Assembly (NCBI GenBank): GCA_003635315.1
Contig: PYJD01000040.1
Coordinates: forward strand, 65,276-129,275
Direction of reading: 5' to 3'
DNA length: 64,000 bases
From: Candidatus Poribacteria bacterium
GTDB taxonomy: Bacteria; Poribacteria; WGA-4E; WGA-3G
The stretch's first letter is position 1; each line of letters begins with the position of its first letter. This document shows, one piece after another, positions 51,009 to 60,532 of the stretch. The notes under the pieces were generated by a model, which had not been told where the DNA came from, did no database searches, and saw only the letters and a program-made list of their open reading frames with translations. Both the position numbers and the translations under genes were made by a program.

Positions 51009-51120
51009 TGATGTTTATCACAAAAAATGTTAAAAGAAGCATATAACAAAATGATTAAAATGAAACAGATATACTGTATTATCGTTAATAGTATACAATG
51101 ATTGGGATAAGGATAAAAAG

Positions 51121-51855
51121 ATGGATTTTGTTGCTAAAACGGACATCGGTACTCTTCGTGAGAGAAACGAAGATTCCTATTATTATGATAATAAGAATCG
51201 TCTATTTGCAATTGCAGACGGCATGAGTGGACATGCTCGTGGTGATATTGCAAGTAAACTTGCCCTTCAAGTTTTTGAGGAATGGGCAGAATCAAATACA
51301 TATCTCGCAAGTGATCTCGGTCCTATTAAAAGACTTAAAATATTAGAAGAAATCGCTATAGAAGCAAATCAAAGAGTTTATACTATGGCACAAAATTCTC
51401 CACAATATCACGGAATGGGGACAACTCTTACTGCAGGTTTTGTTACGCCAAGCTATCTCACCTATGTTCATGTAGGGGATAGTAGAATTTATGTATTACA
51501 TGACGATATTCTAACACAAATTACTACCGATGATTCCTTAGTTCAAGAGATGATTGAGAAAGGTGAGATAACTCCTGAAGAGGGACGGGTACATGCAAAA
51601 CGCAATATAATTACACAAGCCATTGGATTAGCTGAAAAAATTGATTTCAATACGGATGTCTATCCACTCGCTGCTGGAGATACTATCCTTGCATGTACTG
51701 ATGGTTTACACGATTTAATTATTGACGATACTGAAACTAAGAACATCATCTCTTCTTCATCCTCCCTTGAAGCCGCAAGTGAAAACCTAATCGAAAGAGC
51801 ACTTACCCTCGGTGGAACTGATAATGTTACTGTTCTTCTAACTTCAATAGAGTAG
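51121..51855 (+). CDS. PP2C-family Ser/Thr protein phosphatase (Stp1-like)
   Basis: 244 aa with 'FAIADGMSGHARGDIAS', 'HVGDSRIY' and 'CTDGL' PP2C metal-binding motifs. Confidence 0.85.
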   Translation: MDFVAKTDIGTLRERNEDSYYYDNKNRLFAIADGMSGHARGDIASKLALQVFEEWAESNTYLASDLGPIKRLKILEEIAIEANQRVYTMAQNSPQYHGMGTTLTAGFVTPSYLTYVHVGDSRIYVLHDDILTQITTDDSLVQEMIEKGEITPEEGRVHAKRNIITQAIGLAEKIDFNTDVYPLAAGDTILACTDGLHDLIIDDTETKNIISSSSSLEAASENLIERALTLGGTDNVTVLLTSIE

Positions 51856-52021
51856 AATCTTCTTTCAACCATCCATAGGAAACAATATCCTTCTTCCGCA
51901 TAAACCGAGAATCCAGACATTCTCGTATGTACCACATGCTTTTCATTATGGGTACACTCTTTACCTTCCAATTCTATAAAATCTGATTCAGACTCCCATT
52001 ATATAAGATAAAACATACACA

Positions 52022-52465
52022 TTACTGATTACGCTCATCAGAAACAAGTCCTAATACCATCTCATCTTCATCAAATTCTTCTAATTGATCCATGATAGGA
52101 ATTCCATCTATGTCTGGTATTTCAACATGGGGTGCTTCTGCCCAGAGTCTTTCCAAACTATAGTAGGAACGTTTCTCCTCCAAGAATACGTGTATTACAA
52201 AATCGACATAGTCTAACAAAATCCAGTCAGCTTTCTGTGCCCCTTCTCGGTGCCAAGGTCGTTGATCCCAATTTACCTCAAGTTCTTCTAATACCGCTTC
52301 AGAAATACCTTCAACCTGTATATCTGAAATACCACTAAAAATTCCAAAGAAATCTGTGAAGCAATCCAACTCCCGAAGGTCAAGAATTACAGGATTTTGT
52401 GCACGATGACTTACCGCAGCAGATGCTGCAGCCTTTATTATTTCTAAGGTTTGATTGCTGTCCAT
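52022..52465 (-). CDS. rsfS: ribosome silencing factor
   Basis: 147 aa. 'ADWILLDYVDFVIHVFLEEKRSYYSLERLW' is the Iojap/RsfS signature. It is the last gene of the nadD-yqeK-rsfS operon. Confidence 0.85.
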   Translation of the reverse strand: MDSNQTLEIIKAAASAAVSHRAQNPVILDLRELDCFTDFFGIFSGISDIQVEGISEAVLEELEVNWDQRPWHREGAQKADWILLDYVDFVIHVFLEEKRSYYSLERLWAEAPHVEIPDIDGIPIMDQLEEFDEDEMVLGLVSDERNQ

Positions 52466-52688
52466 ATAATTGTTCTCCTAATGAATGTGTCAGGACTTAC
52501 GCAAAATTTAGAGAAATTCACAATCCCATGAATGACATGATGTAATTTACTGGGAATTCACTGTGGTTCCAAACCCCACCTACCAGACCTTGATTCATGA
52601 CGGTTGTTTTGAATTGAATTCACACCTATGAATCAAGATAAGGATTGATACCAATACATTCTGGTTTGGATAGTGTCTATCTCTATTG

Positions 52689-53330
52689 TCAAGGTAATGA
52701 ATTTACCAAAGTATGATTATATGTACGAAGCGTATTTGGATGAATAATCCAACCCTTCTTTAAGAGATATTCAATCTTATAACGAGCTACCTGATGTACT
52801 GCCTGATCTAAGTCTTTTTGTGCTATTTCTCTAACATAATCCGCTTCTGAATATTCACGGGTTGGTTCCGAGAAGTCAGCCACATACAACAGTTTTGCGA
52901 TAATTCCCATTGAGGAATTTCCTGTTGTGTGGTTACGAATTGCTTCAAGTACATCTAAATCGGTAACATTGAATAAAGTAATAGCATACTTCACGCCAAT
53001 AATTGCATGTAATAAGGCTGGCATGATCTTCTCAATTGGATCAAGTTCTATTTTATACTCTGTAGCAGCAGCATACAATTCACGATCATCCATCCACTTT
53101 ACTACATCATGAAGTAAGGCAGCTAAATTGACTTTCCAAACATCTACATTATGGAAACGGGCTAAATCAATTGCTGTCTCCTGTACTGAAAGCACATGGG
53201 TGAGTCGTTCAGAAGATAATTTTTCTGAAAGATAATTCTGGATTTCTATTGACTTAGGATGTTGACGAACTTCTATCAGGGTCGGATGTAGAACGTGGGG
53301 AATTTTAGTGGCTGAATCAAGTATATTCAA
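52689..53330 (-). CDS. yqeK: HD-domain bis(5'-nucleosyl)-tetraphosphatase YqeK-like
   Basis: 213 aa with the HD motif 'HVLSVQETAIDLA...ALLHDVVK' in the conserved nadD-yqeK-rsfS context. Confidence 0.75.
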   Translation of the reverse strand: MNILDSATKIPHVLHPTLIEVRQHPKSIEIQNYLSEKLSSERLTHVLSVQETAIDLARFHNVDVWKVNLAALLHDVVKWMDDRELYAAATEYKIELDPIEKIMPALLHAIIGVKYAITLFNVTDLDVLEAIRNHTTGNSSMGIIAKLLYVADFSEPTREYSEADYVREIAQKDLDQAVHQVARYKIEYLLKKGWIIHPNTLRTYNHTLVNSLP

Positions 53331-53390
53331 TGCTATCTCTCATTTGGAACAATTGATGAAATAGAATAATATAAACTTAACGGGTATATT

Positions 53391-53657
53391 CTATTGATCA
53401 TCAGTCTGATTTTCAAGGAGTTTAGCCAAGCTATCATCTTCAATATCACTATGTACCTTCTGTTCAATATTAGTGAAATCCTCATCGTCAGTTATCGGGG
53501 TAGATATTCGGTATTCTTCATTAAGCCATTTACCTAAATCAATTGATTTACACCTTTTACTACAGAATGGAAAATTTGGAGGAAGTGGAATACCTTTCTG
53601 ATAAATAAATTTATATTCAGTTCCACATTGACTACATTTTATTTTCATTATAAACAC
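53391..53657 (-). CDS. yacG: YacG-like zinc-ribbon protein (DNA gyrase inhibitor family)
   Basis: 88 aa. 'KCSQCGTEYKF...LPPNFPFCSKRCKSIDLGKWLNEEYRI' parallels YacG 'CPTCGK...PFRPFCSKRCQLIDLGEW..EE.RIP'. Confidence 0.6.
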   Translation of the reverse strand: MFIMKIKCSQCGTEYKFIYQKGIPLPPNFPFCSKRCKSIDLGKWLNEEYRISTPITDDEDFTNIEQKVHSDIEDDSLAKLLENQTDDQ

Positions 53658-53728
53658 TCCATCTCAATTCAACCTTTTGAATTCAAGATATCAGAGATAA
53701 TATAGGATCTAATTTATATGCCTTATTA

Positions 53729-54316
53729 TTAGTGATCCTGAAAAAGATGATGTTCATTAATATAATTAACGACAACTTCGGGGATAAGATATCTTACAGA
53801 GAGTTTTTTTCTTATTCGATTACGAATCTCTGTTGCAGAAATGTCTGATCCAGTGATTCTAAATATCGTAATTTGATTACGGATTTCTAATGGAACTTGC
53901 TCCAAATCGTAATTGGGACGGGTCGTTACAACCAAAGTACACAGTTTTAACACATCGTCAAAGTCTTTCCAGATTTTGTATTCAATTAATGAATCTGCCC
54001 CGATGATCCAAGCAAGGTCAGTTATCTCTTTTAAAGTTTGACGTAACACCTTAATTGTCTGAATTGTGTAAGATGGACCGTTTCGATCAAGTTCGATTCG
54101 GGATACATCAAAATAAGGATTCTGAGCAGTTGCTAACTTAACCATCTGATACCTATGTTCCGCTGACACCATATCGGGTTGTGATTTATGCGGAGGACGG
54201 GCAGCTGGAACAAAAAGTATTTTGTCGTAATTTAAACCTTCCCTTACCTGTTCGGCACTTATCAAGTGTGCATAATGAATTGGATTAAAAGTGCCTCCCA
54301 TAACTGCAATTTTCAT
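53729..54316 (-). CDS. nadD: nicotinate-nucleotide adenylyltransferase
   Basis: 195 aa. The N-terminal 'KIAVMGGTFNPIHYAHL' is the (H/T)xGH nucleotidyltransferase motif of NadD. Confidence 0.9.
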   Translation of the reverse strand: MKIAVMGGTFNPIHYAHLISAEQVREGLNYDKILFVPAARPPHKSQPDMVSAEHRYQMVKLATAQNPYFDVSRIELDRNGPSYTIQTIKVLRQTLKEITDLAWIIGADSLIEYKIWKDFDDVLKLCTLVVTTRPNYDLEQVPLEIRNQITIFRITGSDISATEIRNRIRKKLSVRYLIPEVVVNYINEHHLFQDH

Positions 54317-54583
54317 TTATTCTGTTCACAATAATTCCGGTAGACATATAGACTTCGTAGGTCTTGGTCGTCTGTTGAACCGTTTAAATATTATAAAATA
54401 GACACTATCTTTCTTGATCAAGAGTATACCAATTAATTGTATATATTTCAATATAATTAGGTCTCTCATTGATCTCAATTTAATTAGAGATATTTTAGAT
54501 CTTATACCATTTAGAAATGAAAAGTTTTCAAAATTTCACATGTTATATTTTATATGGTTTTACTTATATATTGACTTTAGGAA

Positions 54584-54599
54584 AGGCAATTCGGTTGCA
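54584..54599 (+). promoter_or_regulatory. sigma-54-type -24/-12 promoter-like element P2 (aGGCAa-N5-TTGCA)
   Basis: 'AGGCAattcggTTGCA' has correct GG/GC spacing and a perfect -12 TTGCA. It lies about 80 nt upstream of P1. Confidence 0.35.
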
Positions 54600-54665
54600 C
54601 AAATAAATTCATAAGTTAAGCTAAATAACTGCGAAAAAATACAATTGTAATAACGCAACATTTTA

Positions 54666-54681
54666 TGGCACAATTATTGCA
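54666..54681 (+). promoter_or_regulatory. sigma-54-dependent promoter P1 of rsmH/dcw cluster (TGGCAC-N5-TTGCA, perfect consensus)
   Basis: 'TGGCACaattaTTGCA' matches the sigma-54 consensus at all fixed positions with canonical spacing. The predicted TSS is about 54692, 15 nt before the rsmH ATG (54707) and including its RBS. Confidence 0.55.
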
Positions 54682-54706
54682 TAAATATTATAGAGGAAGC
54701 ATAGAA

Positions 54707-55660
54707 ATGTCACTGGACCATGTACCTGTTTTGTCAAATGAAATCCTTAATTATCTAAATCCTAAACATGTAGGGATTATTGTTGATACAACGGTTGGGT
54801 TAGGTGGACACAGCCAAAATATTCTTAAACATTTTGATTCCATTAATCGTTTAATTGGAATAGACATAGATAAATCAGCCATTGCTATCGCCAAAGAAAA
54901 GTTATATGAGTATAAAGATAAAATATACTTAGTTCATGATAACTTTGCAAATCTTATTAATATATTAGAAAAAATTGGCATATATAAGGTGGATAGCGTC
55001 TTGATGGATTTAGGTGTATCCTCATTACAGCTGGATACCCCATATAGAGGATTTAGTTTTCAAGCATCTGGTGATTTGGATATGCGTATGGATGCTGGCA
55101 TAGGTAATTCTGCTGCGGATATAATTAATGACTTTCCACCTGAAGAACTTCTAAGTATTTTTGAGGAATTTGGTGAAGAAAGGCATTCGAAACGGATTGT
55201 TAGAGAAATCATCTCAACACGGAAACAAGAAAGAATAACAAACACATTACAACTTGCGAGCATTGTTGAAAAAGCATATCCCAACAAAAAAAGTCCAAGG
55301 AGTAGGTCTAATAATCGACGTATTCATCCTGCAACCCGCATCTTTCAAGCATTACGAATTGTAGTAAATAAAGAACTTGATAACCTAAAAGAGGGATTGG
55401 ACGCTGCAGTCTCTCTAATCAATCCCGGTGGGTGTCTATGTATAATTAGCTTTCATTCACTGGAAGATAGAATTGTTAAAAGAAGGTTTCAAACACTAAG
55501 TAAAAATTGCATTTGTCCTCCAAAGACACCTATATGTATCTGTAATCATAAAAAAGAACTGAATATTATAACAAAACGTCCTGTTATTCCTTCTGTCTAT
55601 GAAATAGAAAATAACCCACGGGCAAGAAGTGCCAAACTACGGGTTGCAACTAAGGTATGA
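54707..55660 (+). CDS. rsmH: 16S rRNA (cytosine1402-N4)-methyltransferase
   Basis: About 317 aa from 'MSLDHVPVL'. It has 'VDTTVGLGGHS' and the 'MDLGVSS' RsmH/MraW motifs. It is the first gene of the dcw cluster. Confidence 0.9.
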   Translation: MSLDHVPVLSNEILNYLNPKHVGIIVDTTVGLGGHSQNILKHFDSINRLIGIDIDKSAIAIAKEKLYEYKDKIYLVHDNFANLINILEKIGIYKVDSVLMDLGVSSLQLDTPYRGFSFQASGDLDMRMDAGIGNSAADIINDFPPEELLSIFEEFGEERHSKRIVREIISTRKQERITNTLQLASIVEKAYPNKKSPRSRSNNRRIHPATRIFQALRIVVNKELDNLKEGLDAAVSLINPGGCLCIISFHSLEDRIVKRRFQTLSKNCICPPKTPICICNHKKELNIITKRPVIPSVYEIENNPRARSAKLRVATKV

Positions 55661-55737
55661 CTATCTTTGTATAACGGTGTTAAATGGACGTTAAAGTGTA
55701 TCAAAATTGACAATACTACGTATAATTTATTATATAT

Positions 55738-56079
55738 ATGCGTGATTCAAAATTATTCTCAAAACTATTGACAGAAGAAGAAAATTCTCAGCCGAAAGTT
55801 GCAATGTTTTTTGTATACTTAGTGTTAGGTTTATCCCTATGTGTATTCGGGGCAAGTATATGGTTTTCGTCATATCAGAAGAGAGTTTATCTTAGAATTA
55901 GTCCAGCTTTTGATACGCAACAGAGTAAGATTCAGCATGAAATACATAAGCTTCTTCTGGATGAAAACAAATTAACTGATGTTGAGAGAATTCGAAAAAT
56001 CTCAATTGAACTTGGACTTGTGGAATATACAGGATCAATCGTTGAATTACAAGACAGGAAAATCACTAACAGACAATGA
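55738..56079 (+). CDS. ftsL: FtsL-like cell-division protein (single TM + coiled coil)
   Basis: 113 aa with a single TM helix and a C-terminal coiled-coil-like segment. It overlaps ftsI by 4 nt and lies between rsmH and ftsI. Confidence 0.6.
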   Translation: MRDSKLFSKLLTEEENSQPKVAMFFVYLVLGLSLCVFGASIWFSSYQKRVYLRISPAFDTQQSKIQHEIHKLLLDENKLTDVERIRKISIELGLVEYTGSIVELQDRKITNRQ

Positions 56080-57992
56080 ATCATATTACTAAACTCTCAA
56101 TACGCAGGCTTGTTTTAATCCTAATTTGTCTACAATTAGGTTTTATCGCCCTTCTTACGAAATTATATATACTACAAAATACTGATTCAGAAGGAAGAAC
56201 AGCCTCTCGAATTGATTGGCGTACAAGAAGAAACCGTGTCATAAAACGAGGTAAAATCCTTGATCGACATGGTACTGTATTAGGGATCAGTCAAGATAGG
56301 TTATCTGTTGCTGCCGATCCAAAGACTCTCAATAGAAAATCGAATGCATATACTGTAGCAACGCAATTATCCCCAATCTTAGATACTCCTAAAACAGAAC
56401 TTCTATCCTTGTTAAAAAAGAAAAAGAATGATAAGTATGTTGAATTTGTCTGGTTGAAAAAAGGGATAGACTTTGAGAAATTAGACGAAATTCGGGCAAT
56501 TACCAAAAGACATAGAGGTCTTAAGATAGAAGTTGATCCAAAAAGGGTTTACCCGAAAAAGCAACTGGCATCCCAAGTAATAGGTTATCTTAATGATTTA
56601 GATATTGGTGAGGGAGTCGAATTCCAATATCATAAATACCTTGCGAAGCTTGAACCCAATATTCAAAGAAGTCATAATCAGAATGACTCTACCCCTTCAA
56701 ACCAAACCGCAAACATAAGTCTTGGAAACACTGGAAGTAATGTTGTGCTTACAATAGACGAATTTATCCAGAGTGTCACAGAAAAAGAACTTGCTCAAGG
56801 TTGTAAGGAGTGGAATGCATCAAAAGGTACAGCTATTGTATTGTCTGTTCCTACTTCAGAGATCTTAGCTATGGCAAGTTACCCTTCTTATGATCTAAAT
56901 GATCAGAGCAATGCTGATGAAGAAGCCAAACGAAATCTCGGTATATGGTATATGTTCGAACCAGGTTCAATCTTTAAAATCGTTGCTTCTTCTGCCGTGT
57001 TAAATGAAGGAATAATGACTCATGAATCAACAGTTTTCTGTGAGTATGGTCGTTACCGTCTGCCTAACCGAAGAGCCATAAAGGATGTATCAGGAAAAGG
57101 ACACTTGTCTCTTACGGAAGTCTTACATAAGTCAAGTAACATTGGAATGATAAAAATTGTTGAAAGGTTAGGTCCTGAATTATTTAGAGATTATACGGAA
57201 GACTTTGGATTTGGTAAAAAAACAGGTGTTGATCTCCCCTATGAAAAGAACGGTAATCTGTATTCACTACGTAAATGGGATGTGAATTCTTTAGCATCTG
57301 TCCCCTTTGGTCAAGGTATTTCAGTTACACCTTTACAGATGGTTAATGCCCTTACGGTCATTGCAAATGGTGGTATCTTACGAAGACCTTATATTACCAA
57401 GGAGATTCGAGATGATCATGGTAAACTTGTGAAGATGAACTATCCCACAGAAATACGTAGAGTTTTACGACCTGAAATTGCTAAGTTAATGACAAATATC
57501 CTTGTAGGAGTCGTAGAGAATGGAAGTGGAAGACGCGCAAGAATTGAAGGTGTAAATGTTGCTGGTAAAACCGGAACTGCTCAGAAAGCTGAAAGGGGTA
57601 AAGGGTATTCTGCTGGTAAAGAGGTTATGTCATTTATGGGTTTTCTACCCGCAGAAGATCCTAAAATTGCAATCATCGTCACACTTGATGAACCTTCTGG
57701 GGCAAGATTTAGCGGTACGATTGCTGCACCAATATTCAAAAATATTGCAGCCGAAACTATAAAATATATTCAACAGACCGCATTCTTCGATTCAATTCCA
57801 AATACAAGGTATGTTAAGAATAATCTTAATGCAAAACAAACAACGCAAGCTTCTACTACACCATCAACCAATTTAGATAGATCTCAATCATTTAATACAA
57901 CAATATCACCATCTAATAAACCCGTACAGTCTTTATCACAAAAACAAGACGCCTCCGACTATAGTCTACGTAAGAATGGAGAAGGTTTATGA
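56076..57992 (+). CDS. ftsI: peptidoglycan D,D-transpeptidase FtsI (class B penicillin-binding protein)
   Basis: 638 aa with an N-terminal TM anchor and the motifs SxxK 'SIFK', 'SSN' and 'KTGT'. Confidence 0.9.
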   Translation: MNHITKLSIRRLVLILICLQLGFIALLTKLYILQNTDSEGRTASRIDWRTRRNRVIKRGKILDRHGTVLGISQDRLSVAADPKTLNRKSNAYTVATQLSPILDTPKTELLSLLKKKKNDKYVEFVWLKKGIDFEKLDEIRAITKRHRGLKIEVDPKRVYPKKQLASQVIGYLNDLDIGEGVEFQYHKYLAKLEPNIQRSHNQNDSTPSNQTANISLGNTGSNVVLTIDEFIQSVTEKELAQGCKEWNASKGTAIVLSVPTSEILAMASYPSYDLNDQSNADEEAKRNLGIWYMFEPGSIFKIVASSAVLNEGIMTHESTVFCEYGRYRLPNRRAIKDVSGKGHLSLTEVLHKSSNIGMIKIVERLGPELFRDYTEDFGFGKKTGVDLPYEKNGNLYSLRKWDVNSLASVPFGQGISVTPLQMVNALTVIANGGILRRPYITKEIRDDHGKLVKMNYPTEIRRVLRPEIAKLMTNILVGVVENGSGRRARIEGVNVAGKTGTAQKAERGKGYSAGKEVMSFMGFLPAEDPKIAIIVTLDEPSGARFSGTIAAPIFKNIAAETIKYIQQTAFFDSIPNTRYVKNNLNAKQTTQASTTPSTNLDRSQSFNTTISPSNKPVQSLSQKQDASDYSLRKNGEGL

Positions 57993-59539
57993 AGCTGCAG
58001 AATCTCCTTGATGGTGTTGAAGTTAGTGAATTGATTGGTGATTCTAATTCGGAAATAGTTGGCATCGTCAGTGATCACCGTGAAGTAAAAGAAAATTATG
58101 CATTCCTCTGTTATCAAGGATTGAATGTTGATGGACATGACTTTATACCAGGAGCGATAAAGAATGGTGCTAAAGTCATTATATCTGAAAGACCTATTCA
58201 ATCACTCCCCGCTGGTGTTACCAATGTAATTACCCCAAATGGACGGAGAGCACAAGCCATTTGTGCCGGAAATTGGTATAGAAACCCCACAAACAATTTA
58301 AAACTGATAGGTATCACCGGTACGAACGGGAAAACCTCCACAGCACATCTATCCTACAGTATTCTTAGATCACAAGGATATAAGGTCGCTGTTCTCGGCA
58401 CTGTTGGACATTCTTACGAAACACAAACATCCCCCGATAAGAAAAAACACAAAGAAAAAATTCAAATACCCGCACTCCTGACTACACCAGATGCTTTTAA
58501 ACTCAATGCAATTTTTAGGGAATTAGTTGATTCTGGTGTGGAATATGTTGTTATGGAGACTTCATCTCAAGGTCTTGCTCAACATAGATTAGCTGGATTA
58601 AGTTTCCACACCGCAGTTTTCACTAATTTCACTCAAGACCACCTTGATTACCATAATACAATGGAAGAATATCTTGATGCAAAATTGATGTTATTTGACC
58701 AATTAGAATCAGATGGAATAGCCATCCTAAATAGTGATTCTTCTGTCAAAAATCAGATTGTAGAACGGATTTCCAACCAACACATTCTTACATACGGAAT
58801 TAAGACCAAGGCAGACCTAACACCTCATGCGATAGATATTTCATTAAAAGAATTAACTTTTACTACCTTTATAACGGAAAATATTAAAAATTTACTAAAT
58901 ACCTCATGTAATCATATTCATACCAGATTACAATTACTTGGTTCTTATAATATATATAATGCTCTTGCTGCCATTGGCGTTGGACTACGTTACAACTGCA
59001 GCGAACAGGCAATTTCTGATGGACTTGCATCCACTGTTGTCCCGGGACGGTTTGAACGTGTATCAACTGCAAATGGGAATAATGAGTTTGCAGTAATTGT
59101 TGATTACGCACACACACCTGACGGATTGGAGAATGTGTTAACTGCTGCACGTGATATATCAGATGGTCGATTAATTTCTGTTTTTGGTTGTGGTGGGGAT
59201 CGAGATAAAAGTAAACGTGCAAAAATGGGTAAAATTTCTACTGATATAGCCGATTTTAGCGTTATCACTTCTGACAATCCACGCACTGAAAATCCTGATG
59301 AAATCATCTCTGACATTGTGTCAAATTTACCACATGATGCAGCATTTATCTGTATTTCTGATAGACGAAAAGCTATCCAACAAGCTATTTTAAAAGCTGA
59401 AAAGAATGATGTTGTTGTAATTGCTGGAAAGGGACATGAAGATTACCAAGAAATTAATGGACAAAGATTTCCATTTGACGATAGAAGGGTTGCATCTGAC
59501 ATACTGCAACATATTCATACCGATGATATGAATTCTTGA
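57989..59539 (+). CDS. murE: UDP-N-acetylmuramoyl-L-alanyl-D-glutamate--2,6-diaminopimelate ligase
   Basis: 516 aa with the Mur ligase P-loop 'GITGTNGKTSTAHL' and the C-terminal 'DNPRTE' region. Confidence 0.9.
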   Translation: MKLQNLLDGVEVSELIGDSNSEIVGIVSDHREVKENYAFLCYQGLNVDGHDFIPGAIKNGAKVIISERPIQSLPAGVTNVITPNGRRAQAICAGNWYRNPTNNLKLIGITGTNGKTSTAHLSYSILRSQGYKVAVLGTVGHSYETQTSPDKKKHKEKIQIPALLTTPDAFKLNAIFRELVDSGVEYVVMETSSQGLAQHRLAGLSFHTAVFTNFTQDHLDYHNTMEEYLDAKLMLFDQLESDGIAILNSDSSVKNQIVERISNQHILTYGIKTKADLTPHAIDISLKELTFTTFITENIKNLLNTSCNHIHTRLQLLGSYNIYNALAAIGVGLRYNCSEQAISDGLASTVVPGRFERVSTANGNNEFAVIVDYAHTPDGLENVLTAARDISDGRLISVFGCGGDRDKSKRAKMGKISTDIADFSVITSDNPRTENPDEIISDIVSNLPHDAAFICISDRRKAIQQAILKAEKNDVVVIAGKGHEDYQEINGQRFPFDDRRVASDILQHIHTDDMNS

Positions 59540-59612
59540 AGCAATATAATTTCACTTAACAAGATGAAATGTCTTCTATGTAATTATAACTTGAAACATT
59601 CAAACCTAAGTC

Positions 59613-60371
59613 ATGCATTCGGTTAAGTTTATTGAGATTGACAATCTCAAAGTCGCCTACCGTGTTGGTGGATTTGGCTCACCTGTCGTACTCTTACATG
59701 GATGGGGAGCAGAATCAGGAACATTTAAAAGTGTCTTTGATCATCTATCAAGTTCACACCAAGTATATGCTCTTGATTTACCCGGCTTTGGACTTAGTGA
59801 AATACCACCTGAACCATGGAATGCAACAGATTATGCAAAATTACTTTCCAGTTTTCTTGATAAACTTAATATTGGAAAGGCTTCACTGATAGGACATTCA
59901 TACGGCGGTAGGATTTCAATTGTAATCGCCGCTAACGAACCAGAAAAAATTGAGAAGGTTATCTTAGTAAATAGTGCTGGTTTAAAACCGAAAAGAAATC
60001 TGAAATATTATTGTAAATATCTACTATCAAGATTCGGACGTGTTTTTCGAAGATTAGGGAGTTTTGGAAATAGTTTTGCTGACAGAATTGCAGATATAGT
60101 TGGATCAAGAGACTACAAAGAGGCAGGTCCAATGAGGGGAACAATGGTAAAATCAGTAAATCAGGATTTGCATCCATGCTTGTCAAAAATTAGGAATCAG
60201 ACGCTGTTGATATGGGGTGAACATGATAAGGATACACCACTATCTTCTGGAAGAATAATGGAAAAAGAGATACCAAATTCTAAACTTGTTGTATTAAAGG
60301 ATGCCGGACATTTCTCCTACTTAGATCAAACTGAACAATTTGTTCAGATGGTAAGTAATTTCTTAGATTGA
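59613..60371 (+). CDS. alpha/beta-fold hydrolase
   Basis: 252 aa with the HG oxyanion motif 'LLHGWG', the nucleophile elbow 'GHSYGG' and a C-terminal 'DAGHF'. It is inserted between murE and murF. Confidence 0.75.
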   Translation: MHSVKFIEIDNLKVAYRVGGFGSPVVLLHGWGAESGTFKSVFDHLSSSHQVYALDLPGFGLSEIPPEPWNATDYAKLLSSFLDKLNIGKASLIGHSYGGRISIVIAANEPEKIEKVILVNSAGLKPKRNLKYYCKYLLSRFGRVFRRLGSFGNSFADRIADIVGSRDYKEAGPMRGTMVKSVNQDLHPCLSKIRNQTLLIWGEHDKDTPLSSGRIMEKEIPNSKLVVLKDAGHFSYLDQTEQFVQMVSNFLD

Positions 60372-60532
60372 GATATTAATACTTTTAGCAAGTCTTGCTT
60401 TTTTGAAGTCATAAATAGAATAACTGCATCACTAAATGCAGAATTAAATCAATTCATAGTAGCGCGATGAATTCTCTTGCAGTAACTATTTTGTTACAGC
60501 ACTTTCATTGCGCTTTTCTAACTTAGGATATT

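Noticed and set aside
54665-54706. Upstream extension of rsmH (ORF-track start 'MAQLLHKYYRGSIE…')
   Set aside because: The extension overlaps the perfect sigma-54 promoter and lacks an RBS. The ATG at 54707 has an AGAGGAAG RBS and yields the conserved RsmH N-terminus MSLDHVPVL.
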